From IMG/VR virus record IMGVR_UViG_3300033986_000160: DNA of 64,000 bases. The stretch is one strand, 5' to 3'. The position numbers and the translations under genes are program-made. The notes under the pieces were generated by a model that was given only the letters and a program-made list of their open reading frames with translations, was not told the origin of the DNA and made no database searches. This DNA comes from an uncultured virus (IMG/VR IMGVR_UViG_3300033986_000160). Its lineage: Duplodnaviria > Heunggongvirae > Uroviricota > Caudoviricetes. Positions 17,100-28,400 of the stretch are shown piece by piece (position 1 is the stretch's first letter; each line of letters opens with the position of its first letter).

Positions 17100-18639
17100 C
17101 GCTAATGGCAAAACCTTTGAGGTTACTCTCGATCAGCTTCGGGACATGACTTCTGAATTTGCTCCCGTAGTCGAAAGCGGCGAAGCCAAACCTAACTTCA
17201 AGATTTCAGTCAAAGATGCAGACGGCAATGACTTGGATATTGCAAAGATAGCTGATGAAGCTAAGGCTGATCCGAAGAAAATTCCGGCAGCTATTGACGT
17301 AACATTCGAAGCAACACATTCTGGTCAGAACCGAAATAATGTAGTATATCATTCAGATTCAATGGAGAAGGATGCGGAATCATGGATGAACCCATTTCCA
17401 AAACCTCTTATTAAGAATCATGATATATATGAAGAACCAATGGGGCGTGTAATCAGTTACATGTTCAAAAGGTCCAGCCTTAATCCTGAAAGGGATTGTA
17501 TCGAAGTAACCTGGAGAGTAACAGACCAGGATGCGATACCAAAGTTCCTCGATGGTAGGTATAGTACCATGTCAATCGGAGCGTCCGGTAACCATATAAG
17601 CTGCGGTATATGCGGCAAGGACATTCTGAAAGACGGTAAAGTAACATTCTGCGGCCACTGGAAGGGTGAAGTGTATAACGGACAGAAATGCCTGTGGAAT
17701 GTTAGAGATATGGAGTACAAAGAAGGCTCCGTCGTAAACGTACCTGCTGACGACTGGGCACAGAAGACCAACGTTAAAGTAGTTGATCAGAAAGATAGCC
17801 AGCAGTCTGATAGCGGGAAAGGAGGTAATCAAATGGATCAATTGAAGGATAAGAGCCAGGAAGGCGATCTCTTTAACCAGATCGATAACCTTACTGCACC
17901 TGAAGCTGATGGCGACCAAACCGAAACTCCACCCGTTGCAGACGGAGACCAGACAGATAAAGGCACTGAAAGCAATGATGGTGAAGGCGAAGGAGAAGCC
18001 GCAGGAGACGAAGCTGATGGCCAGGATGGCGATGGAGAAGACGTTCAAAAGGACGAAGAACTCGAAGCTATTAAGGCCGAAAGAGATAGGCTCAAAGCTG
18101 AAAATGAAACCTTGAGAGCTGACAATCAGAATTTAACAAATCAGTTGAATGCTGCAAATGACAGAATCAAGGAACTTGAGAAGCAGCTTAGTGATGCTAA
18201 GGAATCCGAAGACGCTCTCAAGGAAGAAATTAAAGTGGCAGACGAGGAAGCGAAAGCAAATCGCAAACAGAGCATACAGCTCGCCATGATGAATAAGGAC
18301 CTGTTAGCACAAAGAGTGGTCGACCATAAGATATTCTTAGGTGAGGCCCAACAGGAAGACAGGGAAACTTTGGTTGCTGAACTCAAAACCAAATCAGCCA
18401 AAGAGTTAAGTGATTCAATAGCAACACTGTCAGCCAAGAAGATTATGAGGCAACCTGCAAGCGTTAATTCCCCTGGATTGCCAAATCAGGACGACAAACA
18501 TGTCGTTATTGATGACGACAATCATGGTGATAATAACAAAATACCAAAGGAGCCAACAATGGCCGATTTTACAGAAACAGTGATCGATGCACTGACATCG
18601 AACAAACGTTTCTCATATAATGACAAGGAGGAATTCTAA
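17080..18639 (+). CDS. prohead protease fused to an acidic coiled-coil scaffold
   Basis: ATHSG.N.N, LIKNHD, FLDGRYSTMSIG, CGIC..CGH and EGSVVNVPAD; C-terminal acidic linker plus heptads; start ATG 17080 after AAGGAGG. Confidence 0.85.
   Translation: MKHILTDANGKTFEVTLDQLRDMTSEFAPVVESGEAKPNFKISVKDADGNDLDIAKIADEAKADPKKIPAAIDVTFEATHSGQNRNNVVYHSDSMEKDAESWMNPFPKPLIKNHDIYEEPMGRVISYMFKRSSLNPERDCIEVTWRVTDQDAIPKFLDGRYSTMSIGASGNHISCGICGKDILKDGKVTFCGHWKGEVYNGQKCLWNVRDMEYKEGSVVNVPADDWAQKTNVKVVDQKDSQQSDSGKGGNQMDQLKDKSQEGDLFNQIDNLTAPEADGDQTETPPVADGDQTDKGTESNDGEGEGEAAGDEADGQDGDGEDVQKDEELEAIKAERDRLKAENETLRADNQNLTNQLNAANDRIKELEKQLSDAKESEDALKEEIKVADEEAKANRKQSIQLAMMNKDLLAQRVVDHKIFLGEAQQEDRETLVAELKTKSAKELSDSIATLSAKKIMRQPASVNSPGLPNQDDKHVVIDDDNHGDNNKIPKEPTMADFTETVIDALTSNKRFSYNDKEEF
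17833..18639 (+). CDS. nested in-frame scaffold protein (internal start)
   Basis: AAGGAGGT at 17819-17826 then ATG 17833, in frame, at the protease/scaffold boundary. Confidence 0.65.
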   Translation: MDQLKDKSQEGDLFNQIDNLTAPEADGDQTETPPVADGDQTDKGTESNDGEGEGEAAGDEADGQDGDGEDVQKDEELEAIKAERDRLKAENETLRADNQNLTNQLNAANDRIKELEKQLSDAKESEDALKEEIKVADEEAKANRKQSIQLAMMNKDLLAQRVVDHKIFLGEAQQEDRETLVAELKTKSAKELSDSIATLSAKKIMRQPASVNSPGLPNQDDKHVVIDDDNHGDNNKIPKEPTMADFTETVIDALTSNKRFSYNDKEEF

Positions 18640-18640
18640 G

Positions 18641-19840
18641 ATGGCACTTTTTGAAGGATTGAAAAGACAAGAAGGTAGCAGAAGCCATACCGCCCTGGTT
18701 AAATCGGGCCATATGTCTCCTGCGGAATACTGGATCTTGGACCCTAAGTTCAAAGATCCCACAATGTCCAGCGTATTCAGAGATGGCGTACTCTTTGAGT
18801 ATCAGTACGGCGGAGCTGGAATGACTGAAGTAGTTATTCCTAAAGGTAGGGTCGTTGGTGTAACCAACCCGACAAAAGACTTCACAACCAAGAAATTTGT
18901 GAACGTAATGACTTTACCTGGTTTGGCTAACGGTGCCAATACAATTGGTATGGTTCCTTACAATATCACAAAGAACTGGTTCCAGGAAGACAAATTTGGT
19001 GGCAACCAGCCATCAATTATCACTCTTGACTATGTAGAACTTCCTTACATACCTTCAGTTGCTGCTGACTCTCGTTATGATGTTTCCGGCGTTCTTGCTG
19101 AAGAAATGGCACTTTCAGTTAACCTCAAGAATCCATGGGGAGCAGTAATCGGTGAAGGTCTCAAGTGTGGTGACTATGTAAAGGCAACTCCTTCTGGTCG
19201 TCTCACTAAATGGGACAAAGCTACAGATTCACCTATGGATGTTGTTGGTCAGATTCTCGCACAGGACTTCAACAGCGAACCTTGGGGCTGGATGAAGTGG
19301 GTAATGTGGGATGATTCCCAGAAGTTCCAGGACGACGTTTATGTTAACAAGTCCGGATCAAGCAACCTACCTTCTGATGCAGGATATCCTTTCGACCCGG
19401 CATACAGAGCCGGTACAAGAGAAATGGACGGCTACCTCAGCCAGTTCACAACCAATCCTACCGGTATCCCTGGACTGCATGACGGTTCTGGTAACTATAC
19501 TGGATATGGAAAGAACGACACAGAATTCAAGGATATGGTCCTTGGTGCTGTTCCTACCGGAGTTGCTGATGACATTGTACTGACTTACCAGGCAAAAGAC
19601 TATGCTGGCGGTAATCTTACAAAACTCCAAAATGGCGTTGTTGTTAAGATTGATGGTGTTGAGGTTGATCCTACCAGAATCACTATTGACTACGTAAGAG
19701 GTTTAATCAGCATTAAGCATATAGCTGCTGATGCAGGCAAAGTTGTAACAGCAACTTACAAAGCGTTCATGTACGGTACTCCTACAGAGTGGGACTTCAA
19801 AGGTGTTGTAGGAGCGTTCAGGATTCTGCTCAAGAAATAA
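18641..19840 (+). CDS. head decoration / minor capsid protein
   Basis: Between scaffold and MCP; IPKGRVV..., LKCGDYVKATPSGRL...VVGQI; AAGGAGG RBS before ATG 18641. Confidence 0.65.
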   Translation: MALFEGLKRQEGSRSHTALVKSGHMSPAEYWILDPKFKDPTMSSVFRDGVLFEYQYGGAGMTEVVIPKGRVVGVTNPTKDFTTKKFVNVMTLPGLANGANTIGMVPYNITKNWFQEDKFGGNQPSIITLDYVELPYIPSVAADSRYDVSGVLAEEMALSVNLKNPWGAVIGEGLKCGDYVKATPSGRLTKWDKATDSPMDVVGQILAQDFNSEPWGWMKWVMWDDSQKFQDDVYVNKSGSSNLPSDAGYPFDPAYRAGTREMDGYLSQFTTNPTGIPGLHDGSGNYTGYGKNDTEFKDMVLGAVPTGVADDIVLTYQAKDYAGGNLTKLQNGVVVKIDGVEVDPTRITIDYVRGLISIKHIAADAGKVVTATYKAFMYGTPTEWDFKGVVGAFRILLKK

Positions 19841-19905
19841 TAACGTGAGATGTAAGACGGGGGATCGAATCCCCCTCTACAGCAATCTAAGGAGGATAAA
19901 CGCTC

Positions 19906-21105
19906 ATGAAGATATTGGATCAAATCAAAGAACAGGAAAAGCTCATCCAGGACAGAGTTCAGGAAAAGATGAAGAACGGCAAAGCGTCCGAAATCACTGA
20001 TGCTGAAGCAGCTCTGTATAAATTGACGGATGAGGATAAAGAAGTAATGGAAGTGTTTAAGAAGATCGCCGATGGTATCGACGTTCCCGGCTTCTCATTC
20101 AAAGACTTCCTCGCTACTCCACAGGCTTCCATATTGATTCCGAGAGTAATTATCGGAACAATGAGGAAAGCAGCAGAGCCTATGTATCTCGCTTCTCAGT
20201 TCTACAAGAGAATCAGGCTCAAACAGGGTAATGCAATTATGTTCCCGTCCATCGGCGTTATGAAAGCTCATGACGTAGCCGAAGGTCAGGAAATCCCACA
20301 GGAAACCATCGACTGGCAGCTCCACAAATCATCCTTGATTAAGGTTGGTAAGTCTGGAGTTAGAATCCAGGTTACAGACGACCTTATCAGGGACGCTGAG
20401 TGGGATATCGTTGGAATGCTTCTACAGGAAGCAGGCCGTGCAATGGCAAGGCACAAAGAACAGAAAGCATTTGTTGAATGGCTTATGCATGGTTGGACAG
20501 TGTTCGACAATGCTCTGTACAGACAGAATCCAACTGTTTATAAAGAAGCTCGCACAACCGGCGTTGACTTCAAGGGGGATTACAATGATACCATGAGTAT
20601 TGATGACTTCCTCGACCTCATCATCGCTGTATACAATAACGAGTACACTCCTACCGATTTGGTTATGCATCCTCTTGCATGGACTGTATTCGCAAAGAAT
20701 GGTCTGACTGGCAGCCTGGCTGCTCCTATGGACAGAGATGCCAAGAGAGAAACTCCTACAGCTTCATTCAAGCTCGGACCTGAAAGCATTCAGGGCAGAA
20801 TCCCGTTTGCATTTAATGTAAACCTCAGCCCGTTTGCTCCTATCGACAAGATCAACAAGACATTCGATATGTTCTGTGTAGACAGAAACAATGTCGGTGT
20901 TCTGATTGTACAGGACGACCTCAAGACTGAGGAATTCAGAGATCCTGCTCGTGATATCAGAAACGTGAAGATTGTAGAAAGATACGGCTACGGTACATAC
21001 AACGAAGGTCGTGCAATTTGTTCTGCGAAGAACATCAGCATGGCTAAGAGCTGGCCGATGCCTGAAAGGTATATTGCTGTTGATATGCCTACACCTACTC
21101 CGTAA
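19906..21105 (+). CDS. major capsid protein (HK97-like)
   Basis: DVAEGQEIP, KSGVRIQVTDDLIRDAEWDIVG..AGRAMAR.KE, LVMHPLAW and ERYGYG; gene order. Confidence 0.9.
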   Translation: MKILDQIKEQEKLIQDRVQEKMKNGKASEITDAEAALYKLTDEDKEVMEVFKKIADGIDVPGFSFKDFLATPQASILIPRVIIGTMRKAAEPMYLASQFYKRIRLKQGNAIMFPSIGVMKAHDVAEGQEIPQETIDWQLHKSSLIKVGKSGVRIQVTDDLIRDAEWDIVGMLLQEAGRAMARHKEQKAFVEWLMHGWTVFDNALYRQNPTVYKEARTTGVDFKGDYNDTMSIDDFLDLIIAVYNNEYTPTDLVMHPLAWTVFAKNGLTGSLAAPMDRDAKRETPTASFKLGPESIQGRIPFAFNVNLSPFAPIDKINKTFDMFCVDRNNVGVLIVQDDLKTEEFRDPARDIRNVKIVERYGYGTYNEGRAICSAKNISMAKSWPMPERYIAVDMPTPTP

Positions 21106-21131
21106 TGATAACCGATAAGGGGGATAAGTAA

Positions 21132-21617
21132 ATGACCAGTTTCAGATTAGGACTTAATAGAGGGTCCAGTAACTATAGTTTCTTTGATCCCGAGTCTGGA
21201 GTTAGCTTATCCATTGGAAATCCGGTTGGTTTTGCCAACCGGATAACTCCAATGATATTGAGAGGTTTGAAGTACAAAACGATTATTGACCTCGATAATG
21301 TCATAGACTTGTCGACAGGCAACTTCAAGACGGCTCAGGAAACTATTACACCTGCTAATGCAGCAGTACCGCCAGCGGAACCTCAAAAGGATAAAATCCC
21401 AAACGAGGAACCGCCGAAGTCAGATGCTACAGAACAGTCGGCTTCGGCAGAATCCAAGGCTCCAGAAGCTACAGTTGAAACACCTACAGAAGCTCCTGCT
21501 GATGAAACTCCGGAAGTTTCAGTAGAGACTGAAGCAACAACTCCTGCTGTAGAAGAAAAGGCGGGAAATGACGGTGAAGAAAAGAAGACCACTACCAAAA
21601 ACTCCAAGAAGAAATAA
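21132..21617 (+). CDS. hypothetical head-associated protein with a P/E/A/T-rich tail
   Basis: 161 aa directly after the MCP. Confidence 0.7.
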   Translation: MTSFRLGLNRGSSNYSFFDPESGVSLSIGNPVGFANRITPMILRGLKYKTIIDLDNVIDLSTGNFKTAQETITPANAAVPPAEPQKDKIPNEEPPKSDATEQSASAESKAPEATVETPTEAPADETPEVSVETEATTPAVEEKAGNDGEEKKTTTKNSKKK

Positions 21618-21628
21618 GGTGAATTCGA

Positions 21629-22636
21629 GTGAATAACAATCTTGTGCTTTATGGATTAGATGTAATACAGATAACTCCAAATCCGTTTCAGCCTGATGTA
21701 AATGTCAATACTGCAATCAGGTTGGTCTTTAATGGTGAGCTGAATGAGAATACTGTCTTCGGCAATATTTTCATTCTGGAGGACCCTGCACACATCTATA
21801 AGGGCGATAAGATAATCGATACCACCAAATATCTTCAGGTAAATGGCAGCCTGGTCTGTGGCGATAAAGTAGTGTTGTTCACTCCCGAAAAACCTTTGAA
21901 CAAGGGTAGCCAATACATTGTGTATATACCTGCCCGCTCAATCAAGGATATACTCGGGAAGACGCTGGAGTTGGATTATGTATCGTATTTCACCACACAG
22001 ACTGAAGCAAGCCTGCCTCCATGTGAAATCGTATTTCCGACCCCGTCGCTTGTTATTGACAAAATAAATGGCATCGTGTGGAAATCACAGAATGCCAGCA
22101 CATATATCATAGAGATATCGAAGTTTAAGACCTTCGAACATCTTGTGATAAATGAAATGCTTATAGATCCTTTGTCCGACTCAGATGGAAATGTGTCATT
22201 TGACATATCAAACATCAATCTGGCAGAAGGATTGTATTATGTTAGGGTAAGGGCCCTTAACGGAGCGTTTGGTGAACCGACAATGTTCTTTATCAAGGAT
22301 CATGAGAGGCTCCCTGTTTCACAAGACGATTCTGAAATAGTAGACATTGCGGAAGAAATACCGGACGAAATTGAAGTTCTGGAATTCTTTCCGGAAGACG
22401 GATTCTCCAATGTAGCCCTAAACCTTAAAACTATATATGTACGGCTGAACAGAATTCTTACAACCGAAGAATCGAACTCAATTATCTGTTCTGTTTCAAG
22501 CACTTATTCCGATGAAAGTGATTCTGACAACACAGAGGTTAAGGTTCACGGCGAAGTTCGTGGCGTATGGACAGTAATAAACGACTCTGTATTAAATGAG
22601 AGTTACATAGTATTCACGCCGGATAAATTGGCTTAG
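21629..22636 (+). CDS. Ig-like (Big_5-type) domain structural protein
   Basis: P....DVNVNTAIRLVFN..LN....VLFTPEKPLNKGSQYIV; Fn3-like YYVRVRA. Confidence 0.7.
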   Translation: MNNNLVLYGLDVIQITPNPFQPDVNVNTAIRLVFNGELNENTVFGNIFILEDPAHIYKGDKIIDTTKYLQVNGSLVCGDKVVLFTPEKPLNKGSQYIVYIPARSIKDILGKTLELDYVSYFTTQTEASLPPCEIVFPTPSLVIDKINGIVWKSQNASTYIIEISKFKTFEHLVINEMLIDPLSDSDGNVSFDISNINLAEGLYYVRVRALNGAFGEPTMFFIKDHERLPVSQDDSEIVDIAEEIPDEIEVLEFFPEDGFSNVALNLKTIYVRLNRILTTEESNSIICSVSSTYSDESDSDNTEVKVHGEVRGVWTVINDSVLNESYIVFTPDKLA

Positions 22637-22648
22637 GGAGGGATTTTA

Positions 22649-23113
22649 GTGGGTGTTAACGTAAGTTATAACGCCGGTGGTACTATTGATACCATTGGTG
22701 AAATTAAAAGGATACACTTTCCCGAAGCCATGTTCCCTGATGCAGATACGGCCAGGATGAAGGGATTCAGACTTGACATACCTGCCGGGGTGACCGCTCC
22801 TCAGACCGTCGAGACAACTTTTACAATGGACATCTATCTTGTAGATATCGGTGTCGCATGTAGTGGATATAACGACGGAGATTACTGGGAACTCGAACTG
22901 GTAACAGTAAACGGAACCGACGAGCAAACCGAAAAGATGTGCGAAACAATGTATACTAAGGAGCTACCGGAGAACATTGCAATAGGGAATTCTCTAAACT
23001 TGGCACAGAAGATTCCAGCAGGAACAAAGATTCGGTTCGTATTTTACAATATCAGCGGCACATCCAAAAAGGTATGGCCGACAATGAGGTATTTATTCAA
23101 GAAGGAGGGCTAA
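22649..23113 (+). CDS. hypothetical structural protein
   Basis: 154 aa; GGAGGG RBS. Confidence 0.7.
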   Translation: MGVNVSYNAGGTIDTIGEIKRIHFPEAMFPDADTARMKGFRLDIPAGVTAPQTVETTFTMDIYLVDIGVACSGYNDGDYWELELVTVNGTDEQTEKMCETMYTKELPENIAIGNSLNLAQKIPAGTKIRFVFYNISGTSKKVWPTMRYLFKKEG

Positions 23114-23117
23114 GATA

Positions 23118-25487
23118 ATGGCATGGGTTGAAGGTTTAACAAATTCACAGCGTATATTGTTTACTCTTGCCAATATCCTGACTACTGCCAACAAGAAGTT
23201 GGTCGTCAAGTATCGTAAGACTGTCAACGGAACACCGACAGACTTTGAACTTACCGAAGTAACTCCTGGCGTATGGCGGGACCAAGAGGGTAACACAGTA
23301 GACATCGCTGAATATACGAAAGTCATGGTTCCCACGAACGAGGTGGACCCGACAAAGAACTGGGAGGTTGTTTACGCTACAGGCGGAAGCACTGACCTGG
23401 CTCAAATGGAGATCAACCTCATGAGTTCCGAAAAGTGGGAAGTAGTAAATGGCTTTGACGCAAAACGTGTCATACTCAGGACCGTAACTACTCCAGTAAC
23501 TGTTAATGCAGGTTATGACGAGTACAATACAGACCCAGATTCAAAGGTCGACAAGATTGAAATGTTCCTTGAGATCGTCAAGTACAGATATGCTATCAAT
23601 CCTGAAGAAAACCTTGAGGAAACGGTAGATCCTGTAACCGGCGACTTACTCAAGATGCCAAACAACCACTATATCGAAATAAGATATGGTGATAAAATGA
23701 AAATTGACAGACAGTATGTTGTAGACAAAGCCACAAGGACCGAACAGCCTGATAAAGCTGTTTATAACGGTGTAATCTGCAATGTAACCATAGACGATCA
23801 GACACAACAGCCGGTATATACTCCTATAACCGGTGAGGAACTTGATCTCTATGAGATTGTAACAATATACGGTAACCAGTTGCTTACCAAGGAAGAAGGC
23901 GGACATCCTTCAGAGTATGCTAAATTCTCCTGGTACTTGGATTACAAGGAAGAACTGGTTGACGCAATGGACGGAGGTCCTTCTCAGGATGACATATCCA
24001 AAGGTATCAGGCTGATGCCACAGATTCTAACCGGTATGAGCGAAACCATTCCTATTCAATTCTGGATCAACTGTAATAACGACAGAATATCTATGGTTCT
24101 CATGGGTGACCCGACAATTGACTACGACCGTTACCTCACATCATTTGCTTATATCGGAAAGATAGACAGCTTTGAAGGTGAAGGTGTTGTCAATGATACA
24201 GCAGGTAACTTTGCACTTACTGTAGGATCTTCTACGGTTCCGTGTAAACGTCCTAAGCCTTTACAGGAACCTATTAAAGGTAAGGTTGAAATTCTTGACT
24301 TCCAGGCTGAACTCAAGAATGTTCTTGAGGTATCAAAAGCCAATGACAATGGCATAGTAACTATTGACAAAACTTCACAGTTTGATGCAACAAAGTATGC
24401 TGTACAGGGGTATCATGCATTTACTCCCATACCTACATCTACTCCGTCTGCACCTTATACATCTCCGACGGATTATGTAGATAAGTTCAGAGTCGGATAT
24501 AAGTTCGTTTCTTACTCAAAAGACGACGAAACAATGCCAAGCAACAACTTTGATTTCGTATATTCGAAGGCTTTGATTGATGTAAATAATCCTGGTGTAA
24601 AAGGTGTATGTATTGACAGAGACTATTATTCTGGCAATGGTTTCCAGCCAAAGTGGGAGCCTCAACCTGAAAAAGCCACAGTCATTGACTGCTCGGAAGG
24701 AACGTATACATTTACTCTGAAGATTCCAAAACCGGCTAACAGGTTAAGAATCTTTAAGATTGCCAATACAGCAAATACCATCATCAATAATCCATCCCTG
24801 CCGGCACCTTATGTATATGGTGCTTTTGAACCTATGTATGAGATAGCAAGCATTGACCTTAGTGTTGCAACCGGTATTGTTGACAAAGGTGATTACTATG
24901 AGTTTACATGGACTGAAACCGACGTTTCTGCTCCTGTAGTTACAACTGACAAATCCAAAATGATGCCGCTTGTCAAGAGTTCAAAGGCTCAAAAATCAGT
25001 TGAACGTGACATGGTTCTAAACTTCGTATTGTCAGTTAAATTCCCTGACACATGGGGTGACGAAACTACAGCAACCGGTGTAACCGACATATCCATGTTC
25101 AAGACTCGTTCCGGAGTTTACAACCAGAGGCACTATGCTTCGTTCATAACTCCTGAAGAATACATGAGGAAGGATGCATTTAACCCGTCAAGATGGACCG
25201 GCAAGTTCCACTTGTCTCCAACTTACGTTGTACATGGTTACGATGGATACAGAGGCTGGCTGAAAGATACAGTAATCGTTGACAACACCAGTATCGTTCA
25301 CCTGGATGAACTGATTGTTAACAAGGATTCCAAAGATCCTGAAAAACCACAGGAGATATTCAAATACTTTAAGCTGAATTCTCCGTTCTGCTTCCTTAAC
25401 AACTCACCTAACTTCAATTACGGTGTTGGTATCCTGAAGTCCAGAAGCTATATCGACAGCCAGGGTAACAGGATAGAATTGTACTAA
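23118..25487 (+). CDS. virion structural protein
   Basis: 789 aa, beta-rich, within the structural operon. Confidence 0.65.
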   Translation: MAWVEGLTNSQRILFTLANILTTANKKLVVKYRKTVNGTPTDFELTEVTPGVWRDQEGNTVDIAEYTKVMVPTNEVDPTKNWEVVYATGGSTDLAQMEINLMSSEKWEVVNGFDAKRVILRTVTTPVTVNAGYDEYNTDPDSKVDKIEMFLEIVKYRYAINPEENLEETVDPVTGDLLKMPNNHYIEIRYGDKMKIDRQYVVDKATRTEQPDKAVYNGVICNVTIDDQTQQPVYTPITGEELDLYEIVTIYGNQLLTKEEGGHPSEYAKFSWYLDYKEELVDAMDGGPSQDDISKGIRLMPQILTGMSETIPIQFWINCNNDRISMVLMGDPTIDYDRYLTSFAYIGKIDSFEGEGVVNDTAGNFALTVGSSTVPCKRPKPLQEPIKGKVEILDFQAELKNVLEVSKANDNGIVTIDKTSQFDATKYAVQGYHAFTPIPTSTPSAPYTSPTDYVDKFRVGYKFVSYSKDDETMPSNNFDFVYSKALIDVNNPGVKGVCIDRDYYSGNGFQPKWEPQPEKATVIDCSEGTYTFTLKIPKPANRLRIFKIANTANTIINNPSLPAPYVYGAFEPMYEIASIDLSVATGIVDKGDYYEFTWTETDVSAPVVTTDKSKMMPLVKSSKAQKSVERDMVLNFVLSVKFPDTWGDETTATGVTDISMFKTRSGVYNQRHYASFITPEEYMRKDAFNPSRWTGKFHLSPTYVVHGYDGYRGWLKDTVIVDNTSIVHLDELIVNKDSKDPEKPQEIFKYFKLNSPFCFLNNSPNFNYGVGILKSRSYIDSQGNRIELY

Positions 25488-25496
25488 AAAGGATGG

Positions 25497-28400
25497 TTGC
25501 CGATGAAACCGATCATATACAATATGACGGTTGGTACAGCAGATCAAAAATTAGTAAAGAATAGTGTTAGCAGGGCTTATGCCCTGCTTAACACTAAAGT
25601 AAAGAATGGCAAGGTCTTCGGCTTCCAGTACCGGTTCTTTAGCCAGTACAAATCACAGGTTGAGGAGGAATTCTCCAGAGCGGAGAGGCCAATAGATCAA
25701 CCGTCAAAAGACTTATCCGGACTGATTCAGGCTGAAGATAACACCATATCAAGGACTCATATTCTTAACGGCTCCGATTTGGCTGAATCAGCGGTCACAA
25801 AACAATATACCATCTTGAATAACATGAAAACAGGAAGCTCTGGGGTCGACAATGACACAGAGTTATTGTCGTTGTTTAAAGTTTCTGTAAGCGGAACCGA
25901 TACTGTAGGAGAACATCTGAAGGTATTTGGTAACGCATCAAATCTTGAATCCATAGCTTACGTAGAACCTGTATGTATTCAGGCGACACATAGTATTTCA
26001 GGAATATCTGAAATATTCCACACAATGGTAGAGGCGATAAATAAAGAATCCGAAGCTATCAGTCAGCATGGATTAAAACTCATGGATGAACTTGATAAGC
26101 CTCAAGGTTGTATGCTTGATTTTATCCTGATGGATAAAGGAAATGACAACAATTCATTTATCCAAAAAGGACACAAGTTGATGGTGAATAGCCCTAATCT
26201 GTCAAGAATCACGGGTAACAATATTAAGTTTGCAATTGATAGAGCTGAACTGTCTACACTCCTTCTGGGTCAGCCGAAATTTGGCTATTGGTACGATGAC
26301 GAAGGCGTTTTCTTCAAAGAACTCATTCGTGCAAATGCAGATAGCGATATCGACGCTAAGTTCTTTGACAAGCTGATTGCTGTTGAAAATGCAAATGCCG
26401 ACAATATCGCACAGATAGATGCTCTGATTAAATATGCATCAAGACAGTATATCAACAGCATGATACCAAGAGTTACATTCGGAATGGATAGGATACAAAA
26501 ACATGCTGAAGACTTTGCCGATCTTATTGCATATGACCGTTCCGGGAAGGATAATTCTATTGTTGTTGAGAAGACTACATTTGCCAACAGGTACGGAAAA
26601 GACAGTCTCATTAACACATATAGTCATATATTTTCTGACAGGCAGATGAAGCCGAGTTCTGTCGTTGTAAACCACATATTGTTCAATAAGCAGCAACGTC
26701 CAGGAAGAATAAACGAAGACCATAAAGATACATACAACCGTGGTGAGCAGATGTTAAGACCTGGCCGTGTTGTCGAAGATGTTAGTATGGTTGACCGTAT
26801 CAGGAGAGCGGCGGAAATATTCCCTGATAATGTTATTATATACAGTCACAGAATAAACGACGAAGTATACTGGATGAACCCATATATACTTGCCGCCCAA
26901 ACGTTCCGCCCTATGATGCGTGTTCACAAGGTACAATACGCCGTAACCCAAAACAGGCCGGTATTCAGATTGTTTAACGTGTTCGAACCACGTGCAATGA
27001 CGAAGGTTATATTTTCAGACAGAGCAAATAAGCCTTTTATGATGCTTCGTAGTTTTGAGCCTGCTGAACGTCCGGGAAAAGAATGTATCCTGATAGTAGA
27101 TATGAGGGTTGCTCTAAACAAAGAGGCTATCGCAGAGATCAAAGAAGAAATCAAATTTGCACTTTCAAACGAGGCAGAATCAGTTATCATGATAGGGCTG
27201 GTTGAATCCGACAACAGGGAGTCAGAATGTGATATCCTTGTTACTGAGATTGCTGACAGTAAAAACAGCGTCGATGCATCTGTTGATCTGTTATCTGTAG
27301 GATGGAGTAAGGCAGAACACCTTACAGAATTCACTAACGTTATAGACGCAGATAGTGACAGGTTTGGAGAAGCGGTAAAAGCAGTCTTATCATTAGCTAT
27401 AGACATAAACAAGAAACGTATGGCATTGAAGGAAGGAATACAGGATATAGGTGAAAGTTTTAGACAACATAACACGCCTGCAATGCACAGCGGATATCTT
27501 GTACCTCTTGCAAAAGTAAGAGCTTCATTACAGGGGGACAAACTGAGCGGAATTATAGATGCCGATTGGGACACAGAATGGAATCAGCTCACAAAAATCT
27601 ATATAGATTCAAAAGACAGAGATGATAGAATCAAGGTTCCAAACGACGATTACAACTATGAGAAGATAACTAAGAACCTATACGACCCAGTGACCGGTAT
27701 TCCGAAAGATCCGATAGGACCAACAAATAAACCAGAGGTACAGGTAAAATTTCCAAATGCTCATTATAATCCTAAGTATAAGGATCTATACCGTGAGATT
27801 ATACCTGTTGACCTATACTGTTATAAAGATATGATGCTCCTAATCTGGATATTCTGGTGTAAACACAGGTCAAGCGAGAAGGTTCTTGAAACACTAAAAG
27901 AGTTTTACCAGACTGAGAATATCGAAATGACGATGATACAGGAATATGCAAAGATCGTACAGTTTGATGCATCAAGAGCAATAAATTATGTTCTCGACAA
28001 TATAAACCAATGGATACAGCGTACAATTGCCTATTTCGACAAGAACAGAATGAAGCAATACGAGAGGATTATGAAACAGGTTCGTTGGTTTGGCGAGAAG
28101 ATAGCCCATGACATGAGTAAATACATTCTTGTGAGAGAGTATGATCCGTTTGACCTTGACAACTCAACATGGGAAGTAAAGAATCATGTGCTTCCGATAG
28201 ATGGAGAAGTTATGGTTGAGGCGTTTGTGGCAATCGGCGACAAAGTAAGCCTTTATATAAATGACGAAGTGAAGTTGGAAATTACAGAACCTGGAGTGTA
28301 CAGGATATCAAATCCAACCAATTCCGAGTACATAAAACCTGCTCCATCAATACCGCTTGAGGCAGGAACATATGATATTAAGCTCATTAAATCTGGAACA

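Noticed and set aside
8541..21105. Introns or inteins in terL, portal or MCP
   Set aside because: The ORFs are uninterrupted and of ordinary length, with no intein splice motifs or homing endonuclease recognised.
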